In this document: in pieces, positions 1-6,525 of the stretch | How the letters are laid out: each line of letters opens with the position of its first letter | How positions within the stretch are numbered: position 1 is the stretch's first letter | NCBI GenBank assembly: GCA_052390515.1 | Contig: JBQTGV010000101.1 | Location: 1-13,138 of the forward strand | DNA: 13,138 nucleotides | Direction of reading: 5' to 3' | Source of the DNA: Candidatus Eiseniibacteriota bacterium | Lineage (GTDB): Bacteria > ARS69 | The notes under the pieces: generated by a model | What the model saw: only the letters and a program-made list of their open reading frames with translations | Database searches by the model: none | Told to the model about the DNA's origin: nothing | Made by a program: the position numbers and the translations under genes

Positions 1-87
1 CCGATCATCCCCCTTCGCCCTCCGCCGCCGCGGGGCCGCCGCGGTCGTTCCGGAGGGCAGGCTATCGGAGCCCCTCAAGGGATCATA

Positions 88-136
88 TTTTCCGGAAAAG
101 GTGGGGTCAGAGTTTCCGGAACTCACACGTGTGAGT
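88..136. repeat. cluster of short palindromes and a direct repeat at the toxin truncation point
   Basis: TTTTCCGGAAAA (88-99) is a perfect 12-bp palindrome. TTTCCGGAA occurs at 89-97 and 113-121. ACTCACACGTGTGAGT (121-136) is a perfect 16-bp palindrome. Confidence 0.6.
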
Positions 137-304
137 CGCCGTATCAAGCGGCTGCGAGGGATGCGGCAGCCCCAGTATCGCCTTCGTGTGGGCGAGATGC
201 GAGTTTTCTATGACGTCACGGAGACCGAAGTTCAGGTCCTCGCCATCGTCTCGAAGGATGAGGTCCGGGCGTGGCTCGAGCAGGAGGGCCAGCCGGAGGC
301 GTAG
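101..304 (+). pseudogene. RelE/ParE-family type II toxin, probably 5'-truncated (C-terminal ~60 aa)
   Basis: RIKRLRGMRQPQYRLRVGEMRVFYDV...VQVLAIV is a typical RelE C-terminal motif, and the gene lies directly upstream of a Phd-type antitoxin. The frame is open to the window edge, but sequence upstream of ~119 does not resemble a RelE N-terminus. Confidence 0.7.
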
Positions 305-305
305 C

Positions 306-542
306 GTGGCGCTGGCCGAGGTGAAGGACGACCTGTCACGGTATCTGCGGATGGCCGAGCAAGAGGAGATCCTGATCACCCGCCACGGCAAGCCGGCCGG
401 CGTTCTGATCGGGTTTTCCTCGGAGGAGGACTGGCTGGAGTATCGTTTGGAGAACCATCCTGAGTTCCTGGATCGGATTGCGCGCGCGCGCGTGGATCAT
501 CGTGAAGGTCGAGGTGTGAAGCTGGAGGACCTTCCGGAGTGA
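306..542 (+). CDS. Phd/YefM-family antitoxin
   Basis: VALAEVKDDLSRYLRMAEQEEILITRHGKPAGVLI matches the Phd/YefM N-terminal DNA-binding motif. GTG at 306 has GGAGG at 295-299 and follows the toxin stop at 304. Confidence 0.85.
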   Translation: MALAEVKDDLSRYLRMAEQEEILITRHGKPAGVLIGFSSEEDWLEYRLENHPEFLDRIARARVDHREGRGVKLEDLPE

Positions 543-544
543 CG

Positions 545-603
545 GGCTAACAGCGGCATGGAGCGGACGCGCTTCGCGCCGCCGCTGATGCCGAGCGTTA
601 GGA
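545..603 (+). mobile_element. attC: integron attC site (59-base element)
   Basis: R'' GGCTAAC 545-551, 5-bp spacer, L'' CATGGAGC 557-564, central palindrome, L' GCTGATG 584-590, 6-bp spacer, R' GTTAGGA 597-603. It is 59 bp long, begins 2 bp after a stop codon and ends 5 bp before the next ATG. Confidence 0.88.
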
Positions 604-608
604 CGCAT

Positions 609-1370
609 ATGACATCTATCGCAATACTTGGTGCGACCGGCAACTTGGGGCGACACGTCGCAAAACAGGCCCTCGCTCACGGTTGGGAGCTCTCGGTCGC
701 TGTCCGCAATCGTGGACGGCTTGCCCCTGATGTCGCCTCGAGCGCGCATGTAACCGATCTAGATCTCACCATGGCGACGACCGAGCAGCTTGCCTCCTTC
801 GCTGCCGGTCACGATGTCTTCGTATCGTGCGCTGGAGTTGTGACGGAAGGCGAGGCGTTCGTTCGCCTAGTGGACGGAGTTGTCACGGCGCTGGAGTCAC
901 TCCAGCCCGACAAGCGCCCAGTGTGCTGGTTTCTCGCCGGTGCGGCGCTCTTGCCGCTGGATGCAACGGGAAGGATGGGCGTGGATCTTCCCAAAGTGAG
1001 CGACACATACTGGCCCCACCGGAAGAATTACGAGCGACTGCAGCGCTCTAGCCTCGACTGGCGTCTCCTGTGCCCTGGGCCAATGGTCGAGGAACCTGCC
1101 ATTGGCTTGCAGCGGCTTCGTGTGTCTATTGACAGCTTGCCTGCTTCGCTACCAGCAATCGCTCGATCCCTGCCTTCCCTTCTGGTGCTTCCCTTGTTCG
1201 CAATGAAGATCCCGGAAATGATCATTCCATATGCCGACGCGGCTTCAGTGATCCTCGCGAATGTGGAAGCGCATGGCTCGACTACAAGGCACAGAGTCGG
1301 CGTGGCTTTGCCTATCGGCATGAAAGGCAAGAAGCAGGTATGGTCAGCCCAGCCGCGAAGTGCGCCTTGA
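609..1370 (+). CDS. NAD(P)H-binding Rossmann-fold protein (NAD-dependent epimerase/flavin reductase-like), integron gene cassette
   Basis: N-terminal IAILGATGNLG (GxxGxxG), plus FLAGAALL and SSLDWRLLCP motifs. ATG 609 lies right after attC R', where AGGA (600-603) can act as RBS. Codon third positions are visibly more A/T-rich than in the genes beyond 2.9 kb. Confidence 0.85.
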   Translation: MTSIAILGATGNLGRHVAKQALAHGWELSVAVRNRGRLAPDVASSAHVTDLDLTMATTEQLASFAAGHDVFVSCAGVVTEGEAFVRLVDGVVTALESLQPDKRPVCWFLAGAALLPLDATGRMGVDLPKVSDTYWPHRKNYERLQRSSLDWRLLCPGPMVEEPAIGLQRLRVSIDSLPASLPAIARSLPSLLVLPLFAMKIPEMIIPYADAASVILANVEAHGSTTRHRVGVALPIGMKGKKQVWSAQPRSAP

Positions 1371-1421
1371 CAGCATACAGCTGACCGCGCTCCGCGCCGC
1401 CGCTGATGCTGGGCGTCAGGC
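1364..1421 (+). mobile_element. attC: degenerate attC site
   Basis: CAGCATACAGCTGACCGCGCTCCGCGCCGCCGCTGATGCTGGGCGTCAGGC shares CGCGCCGCCGCTGATGC with the first attC and keeps paired CAGCAT/ATGCTG arms. The R boxes are altered: GCCTTGAC and GTCAGGC instead of RYYYAAC and GTTRRRY. Confidence 0.7.
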
Positions 1422-1455
1422 AGGACGAGCACCTTACAAGCAGTAGGACAAGGGC

Positions 1456-1560
1456 ATGATCCACTGCTACCGTGAGGGTGACGAGGTGATTCGAATCATC
1501 TCCGCTCGGAAGGCGACTCGGGCGGAGCGGGAGCAGTACAGCCGTAGGTGGATGAGATGA
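1456..1560 (+). pseudogene. brnT: BrnT-family toxin, C-terminal fragment only (34 codons)
   Basis: Translates as MIHCYREGDEVIRIISARKATRAEREQYSRRWMR*, and IRIISARKAT is the BrnT signature. An in-frame TAG at 1444-1446 means the N-terminal part is missing. The stop overlaps the antitoxin start (ATGA 1557-1560). Not in the supplied ORF track. Confidence 0.8.
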
Positions 1561-1775
1561 AGAAGGAGTACGACTTCTCGAAGGCGAGACGGAATCCCTA
1601 TGCGGGCCGGCTCAAGCGGCAAGTGACCATCCGCCTGGACAACGGGACGATCGGCTATTTCAAGGAGCTGGCGGACGAGACGGGCATTCCCTATCAGACG
1701 CTGATCAACCTGTACTTGAGGGAGTGTGCGGCGAGCCGCAAGAAGCTCTCGATGAACTGGAGGCCCGTCGCTTAA
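1557..1775 (+). CDS. brnA: BrnA-family antitoxin (ribbon-helix-helix)
   Basis: MKKEYDFSKARRNPY...KRQVTIRLD...YFK...GIPYQTLINLYLR is a characteristic BrnA/CopG-like sequence. It is coupled to the BrnT remnant by an ATGA overlap. Confidence 0.88.
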   Translation: MKKEYDFSKARRNPYAGRLKRQVTIRLDNGTIGYFKELADETGIPYQTLINLYLRECAASRKKLSMNWRPVA

Positions 1776-1824
1776 CGTCGGCCGGCGGCCAAACACGTAT
1801 GAGGCCCCCGGTGGTCAATAGGTA

Positions 1825-2261
1825 GTTGTTCCCCTCCGTCCGCCTGGTCGGCGTCACCGCTGGGGATCGGCTGGTCGTCCCGACTTCGTTTCCCACGGGT
1901 GCAGACGGTCCACCCTGCACCAAACACGTATCGAGGGTCGCGGCCCGGCGTCGCCGGTCCGAGCGGAGCAGGTTCACTCCGCAGCCCTAGAACTCATGGG
2001 TGCCCTCGTTCCGGCTCACTCACGACGGACGGGCTGAGCGCGCTGCTCTCCAGTTGGTCTCGAGCTCGGCGAGGGGCAGGACATCTCGCGTCGATCCGAA
2101 TCTTTGGGGAGCGGGACGGTCGTCCGTTCAAACGGTGCAGGATCCCTGGGCTTCGCTCCGGCAATCACCGGGGTCTTCGCCCCAGACGCTTCCTCTCGGT
2201 TGCCACACGAGCTTCTCCGTCAGCGGGTCCCAGTTAGACAAAGGGCTCGACCGTCCCCTCC
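1825..2261 (-). ncRNA. putative bridge/seek RNA of the IS1111-type element (three guide loops); boundaries approximate
   Basis: Inverted-repeat pairs at 2113-2122/2248-2257 (perfect 10 bp), 2001-2008/2070-2078 and 1898-1904/1915-1921. The internal 12-mer at 1920-1931 is identical to the element end/junction at 1789-1800. The motif CGAGC-N8/9-AACTGG occurs twice. Confidence 0.65.
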
Positions 2262-2262
2262 T

Positions 2263-2337
2263 TCACGAGGCCAGGAAGGCGTTCATGTCGAAGGCCTTCC
2301 TCCGCTTCAGCATGTGGAAGACGGCCCGTCCCAGCCG
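2263..2337 (-). pseudogene. IS110-family transposase C-terminal fragment
   Basis: RLGRAVFHMLKRRKAFDMNAFLAS* resembles the (H/R)KL(G/A)RAVYxML-type C-terminal helix of IS110 transposases. The stop is TCA at 2263-2265 on the plus strand. Confidence 0.7.
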
Positions 2338-2801
2338 ACGCCGAGTTGATCGAGGAGCTGCGCCGCTTCGCGCGGGGCGAGGGGTTCGACGAGCAGCCCA
2401 TCCCGGGGCTCGACTCGGAAGGGCTCGACTTCCGAGCGGCTACCGAGTCGTTCGCGCCCGTCCGCGCGATCGCCCGCCGCGATCTGGAGACCCTGCGCCT
2501 CCTCACGGAACACCAGAGCCGCAAGGTGCCGACTGTGGGCGGGAGGATCCTCTTCGGGCGGGAGCGCGAGCGGCACTTCCCGGACGCATGGATCCAGGCG
2601 GGGCGCTTCGCGGGCGCCGACAAGAGCCACATCCTGGACCGCGCTGAGGTCCGCTCCATCCCTGCGCGCAGCGTAGAGGAAGCCGTCGCCTTCGTGCAGA
2701 AGCACGCCTGGCACGGCGCCGCGATCGGCGCGGTGCGCCGGAAGGACCGATGGAGCCTGCCCCCGGAGGCGGTGCGCGAGGCCGTCATCAACGCGGTGGC
2801 G
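2334..2801 (+). pseudogene. internal fragment of an AlbA_2 (Schlafen-like)/RecG-C-terminal (HATPase_c_4)-type putative regulator
   Basis: ADAELIEELRRFARGEGFDEQP...VPTVGGRILFG...FPDAWIQAGRFAG...LPPEAVREAVINAVA resembles this family. Similarity stops just before the His expected after REAxxNAxA, and the frame continues as antisense of the FG-GAP gene. There is no N-terminal AlbA domain. Confidence 0.72.
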
Positions 2802-2888
2802 CCGTCGCGTTCCACCACAGGTCCACCGCGCTCGCGCCGGTGCGCCGGCCGAAGACCGAAGGGGACATGCGTCGGGAAGCGGAGGTGG

Positions 2889-5800
2889 TCAGCGCAGGAG
2901 CACGAGCTTCTGCACCCGCGTCTCCCGACCCGCCTGCACCCGCAGGAAGTAGACGCCGGCCACCGGGACGCGGGACCCGCTTCGCGCGTCCCAGGTGAGG
3001 GGGTACGAACCGGGCTCGTAGACCTCGCCAGGGATCAGCTCCACCACCCGTCGCCCGGCGACGTCCACGACGTCCGCGTGGACGCGGGCGCGTTCGCCCA
3101 GGGTGAGCCGCAGCGCGAAGTTCCCCCAGGACGGGTTCGGGCCGGCGGGCACGAGCTCGATGCGTCCCGCGCCTCCGGGCGTCCCCACCACCGGCGCGGC
3201 CACGACCAGGACGCCGGCGGTGCGCAGGTGCGCCTCGTTGTGGCCGTTGATCGTCCCCTGCGTCCAGGGACCCCGGCTCTGAAATGGGGTCTTCGCCGGG
3301 TCGTACTTCGCGCGGACCCGCCAGTGGTACTGCATCCCGGAGGAGAGGCCGCTCACGAGCCGCTCCAGCTCGATCACGCCGTCCTGCCCGACGTCGAACC
3401 AGGGGCCGGTCACGGTGCCCTGCCCGTCGAAGGGAGTGCTCAACGGCTTCACCTCGTGCTCCATCTGCAGGCGGGTGCGGCCGTAGCCGGAGCTCAGGAT
3501 GGCGCGGATGCGAAACTCCGCTTCGCCGTCAGACCGGCCCAGCGGCGCGATCGGTGTCGTCCCGTCCGTTCGCAGCTGGCGCGCGTGCGTGGCGCGGCCG
3601 GCGCCGCCGTTCCCGTAGAACGCGAAGATGCGCCCCTCGTCGAGGTGTCCGTTGTCGAAGAGGCAGGCCGAGGCCACCACGTCGGAGAAGCCGTCGCCGT
3701 TCATGTCACCGGCAGCAGCCACGGAGACGCCGAAGGCCGCGCCGGCCTGCTGGCTTTCCGCGGTCCACGCCGCCGCCGGCGAGAGCCCCGTTTCCGAACC
3801 GAGGTAGACGAAGGCGCGCCCTTCGTCGGTCTCGCCGTTGTCGAAGAGGTACGCGCCGACGATGACGTCGGAGAAGCCGTCGCCGCTCACGTCTCCGGCC
3901 GTGGCCACGCAGGAGCCGAAGTAGGCGGCGTCCTGATCGCCCTCCGCGGACCACGCGGCGGTCGGCGAGAGTCCCGTGGGCGAGCCGTGGTAGACGAACG
4001 CCGCTCCCTCGCTGCCCTGTCCGTTGTCGTAGAGGTACGCGCCGGCGATGACGTCGGAGAAGCCGTCGCCGTTGACGTCGCCCGCCGTGCTCACCGAGAG
4101 GCCGAGTCGGTCGCCGATCTGCACGCCGTCCGCGGTCCATGCGGCCACCGGAGACAGCCCCGCCGGCGATCCGTGGTACACGAAGGCGCGTCCCTGGTCG
4201 GCGAGGTCGTCGTCGTACAGGAAGCTCCCGACGATGACGTCCGAGAAGCCGTCGCGGTTCACGTCCCCCGCGGTCGCGACGCAGACTCCGAACTCCGCGC
4301 CGGCCTGGTCGCTCTCCGCGGTCCATGCGGGGGCCACCGAGAGTCCCGCCGCCGAGCCGTGGTAGACCCAGGCGCGCCCTTCGCTGGTCTGTCCGTTGTC
4401 GTAGAGCCGGCTCCCGACGATGACATCGGCGAAGCCGTCGCCGTTGACGTCTCCCGCGCCCGCCACGACTCCGAACTCCGCGGCGGCTTGGTCACTCTCC
4501 GCGGTCCAGGCTGGCGTCGTCGACAGGCCGCCGGCCGATCCGAGGTACAGGAAGGCGCGCCCCTCGTCGGTCTGACCGTTGTCGTAGAGGTAGGCGCCGA
4601 CGATGACGTCGGCGAAACCGTCGCCGTTCACGTCGCCCGCACCCGCGACCGAGGAGCCGAAGCGCGCGCCGGCCTGATCGCCTTCGGCGCTCCACGCGGG
4701 TGTGGTGGACAGCCCCGTGGCCGACCCGTGGTAGATGAACGCCCGCCCCTCCAGGCTCTGCCCGTTGTCGTACTGGAAGGCGCCGACGATGACGTCGGCG
4801 AACCCGTCGCCGTTCACGTCGCCGGCGCTCGCCGCCGAGCGGCCGAGCTGCGAGGCGGGCTCGTCGCTCTCCACCGCCCAGACGGCCGCCGCCGTCGGCC
4901 CCGAGGGCGTTCCGAGGTACAGGAAGGTCCGTCCCTCGTCGGGTTGGGCGTCATCGAGCCGTGGGCTCCCGACGAGGACATCGGAGAAGCCGTCGCCGTT
5001 CACGTCTCCCGCCGGCGCGACGCAGTGGCCGAACTCGGCGTAATCCTGCGCACCGTCCACGAACCAGACCGGGCTCGGCACGAGCCCCGCAGCGGATCCG
5101 TGGTAGAGGTAGGCACGTCCTCTCGTTATCAGGCTCGAGTCATAGTAGTTGTAGGCTCCCACGAGCACGTCGGCGTAACCGTCGCCGTTCACGTCCCCCG
5201 CGGTCGCGACCGAGGCGGCAAACAGGGAGAACGCGAGGTTGGACTCGAGGGCCACGGCGGGAAGGGCGGCGAGCCCCGCCGGCGAGCCATGGTAGACGAA
5301 GGTCAATCCCTCGTTGGTCTGCCCGTTGTTGAAGGCGGGCGCGCCGACGAGGATGTCCGAGCATCCGTCACCGTTCACGTCGCCGGCAGTCGCCACCGAT
5401 TGCCCGAGGCCGGCGTAGTCCTGTCCGCCCTCCACGCTCCAGGCGGAGGAGAAGGCGAGTCCGACGGCGGAGCCGTGGTAGACGAGCGCCAGTCCCTCGT
5501 TGACGTTGCCGTTGTCGAGGCCGTGCGCGCCGACGATAACGTCGGCGTAGCCATCCCCGTTGACGTCCCCCGCGGTCGCCACCGACCAGCCGAGGTAGGC
5601 GTTCGCCTGGTTTCCCTCCGTCGTCCAGGAGTGGAACACGCTGAGCCCCGACGCCGAGCCGTGGTAGACGTACGCCAGACCCTCGTCGAGCTCGCCGTTG
5701 TCGGTGTAGGGCGCGCCGACGATCACGTCGGAGTACCCGTCACCGTTCACGTCTCCCGCCGTCGCCACCGAGGCTCCGAAGCGGCTGTCGCTCTGGTGGC

Positions 5801-6413
5801 CGTTCATCACCCACGCCGGGATGGTGGAGAGCCCGGCCGGCGAGCCGTGGTAAACGAACGCGCGCCCCTCGTCGGTCAGATCGGCGTCGTAGTACGAAGC
5901 GCCGACGATCACGTCGGAGTAGCCGTCGCCGTTCACGTCTCCGGCTGTCGCCGCGCAAGAGCCGAAGAAGGCCTGGTGCTGGTTGCCCTCCCCGGTCCAT
6001 GCGGGCGTCGTGGACAGCCCCGCGGCCGAGCCGTGGTACACGAAGGCCGCCCCTTCCTCGAAGGCGCTGTTGCTCCAAGCCGGGGCCGCCACGATGACGT
6101 CGGAGTAGCCGTCTCCGTTCACGTCACCCGCCGTCGTCACGGAGGCGCCGAACAGGGCGCCGTACAGGTCGCCGTCCGCGGTCCACGCGGGCGTCGTCCC
6201 GGCGCCCGAGACGGTGCCGCTGGCTCCGCCGCGAGCAAGCTGCTCGGCCACCACGCGCCACCAGTCCTCGTCGGCGCCGGCGGCGAGAACGGCGGGGTCC
6301 GGCTCAGGGGCCGTGGAGGCCGCGAAGGCCGGGTCGGCAGCGTTTGCCGGGCGGGCCGGCCCAGCCGGGGCGAACACGAGGAGGAGCGTGCAGAGCGATG
6401 GAGCGGCGTTCAT
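2889..6413 (-). CDS. secreted FG-GAP (integrin-alpha-like beta-propeller) repeat protein with C-terminal FlgD-Ig/T9SS-like sorting domain, ~1174 aa
   Basis: Signal-peptide-like N-terminus (MNAAPSLCTLLLVFAPAGPA) with a GGGAGG RBS upstream of ATG 6413. There are 14 AGD(V/M)(N/S)(G/R)DG-x-x-D repeats. The C-terminus reads PNP...DVAGRRV...WD...AGVYFLRV...KLVLLR. Confidence 0.9.
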   Translation of the reverse strand: MNAAPSLCTLLLVFAPAGPARPANAADPAFAASTAPEPDPAVLAAGADEDWWRVVAEQLARGGASGTVSGAGTTPAWTADGDLYGALFGASVTTAGDVNGDGYSDVIVAAPAWSNSAFEEGAAFVYHGSAAGLSTTPAWTGEGNQHQAFFGSCAATAGDVNGDGYSDVIVGASYYDADLTDEGRAFVYHGSPAGLSTIPAWVMNGHQSDSRFGASVATAGDVNGDGYSDVIVGAPYTDNGELDEGLAYVYHGSASGLSVFHSWTTEGNQANAYLGWSVATAGDVNGDGYADVIVGAHGLDNGNVNEGLALVYHGSAVGLAFSSAWSVEGGQDYAGLGQSVATAGDVNGDGCSDILVGAPAFNNGQTNEGLTFVYHGSPAGLAALPAVALESNLAFSLFAASVATAGDVNGDGYADVLVGAYNYYDSSLITRGRAYLYHGSAAGLVPSPVWFVDGAQDYAEFGHCVAPAGDVNGDGFSDVLVGSPRLDDAQPDEGRTFLYLGTPSGPTAAAVWAVESDEPASQLGRSAASAGDVNGDGFADVIVGAFQYDNGQSLEGRAFIYHGSATGLSTTPAWSAEGDQAGARFGSSVAGAGDVNGDGFADVIVGAYLYDNGQTDEGRAFLYLGSAGGLSTTPAWTAESDQAAAEFGVVAGAGDVNGDGFADVIVGSRLYDNGQTSEGRAWVYHGSAAGLSVAPAWTAESDQAGAEFGVCVATAGDVNRDGFSDVIVGSFLYDDDLADQGRAFVYHGSPAGLSPVAAWTADGVQIGDRLGLSVSTAGDVNGDGFSDVIAGAYLYDNGQGSEGAAFVYHGSPTGLSPTAAWSAEGDQDAAYFGSCVATAGDVSGDGFSDVIVGAYLFDNGETDEGRAFVYLGSETGLSPAAAWTAESQQAGAAFGVSVAAAGDMNGDGFSDVVASACLFDNGHLDEGRIFAFYGNGGAGRATHARQLRTDGTTPIAPLGRSDGEAEFRIRAILSSGYGRTRLQMEHEVKPLSTPFDGQGTVTGPWFDVGQDGVIELERLVSGLSSGMQYHWRVRAKYDPAKTPFQSRGPWTQGTINGHNEAHLRTAGVLVVAAPVVGTPGGAGRIELVPAGPNPSWGNFALRLTLGERARVHADVVDVAGRRVVELIPGEVYEPGSYPLTWDARSGSRVPVAGVYFLRVQAGRETRVQKLVLLR

Positions 6414-6525
6414 GGGCGAGCCTCCCGTCGATTGGAGTGGTCGCCCGCACATGCGACGCCCAGCGGCGAATGGTGCCACTCACCTCCGGATCACGACCCG
6501 GCTCGGTCGGGTCTCGCCTCACGCA

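Larger units (their letters stand above)
1791..2337 (-). mobile_element. IS110-family (IS1111-type) insertion sequence remnant: transposase 3' tip plus long 3' non-coding end
   Basis: The minus strand encodes RLGRAVFHMLKRRKAFDMNAFLAS*. It is followed by ~470 bp of structured non-coding DNA ending TTGACCACCGGGGGCCTCATACGTGTTT, read as a -35-like hexamer plus a candidate sub-terminal inverted repeat. Confidence 0.72.

Noticed and set aside
1-30. Possible minus-strand gene start (ATG at 8-6 with a purine-rich leader)
   Set aside because: Only two codons fall in the window, which is too little to support a call.
558-608. Upstream start for the NAD(P)H-binding gene
   Set aside because: This segment is the attC site. 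The Rossmann motif begins right after ATG 609.
1791-2337. Group IIC-attC intron as the explanation for the antisense insertion at an attC
   Set aside because: I see no reverse transcriptase/maturase motifs or recognisable domain V. The peptide stub and terminal structure fit the IS110 family better.
1705-2647. ORFs 1705-1977, 1899-2237, 2000-2647 and 2104-2349
   Set aside because: None has recognisable protein features. The region is better explained as the IS non-coding end plus pseudogene fragments.
3650-6200. Regularly spaced DNA repeats (GCCGTCGCCGTTCACGTC...) resembling a CRISPR-like array
   Set aside because: The period is ~180 bp, in frame, with synonymous variation. These are the coding FG-GAP repeats, and no cas genes are present.
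6414-6525. Candidate ECF promoter upstream of the FG-GAP gene
   Set aside because: Plausible by position, but no motif can be established from a single locus.
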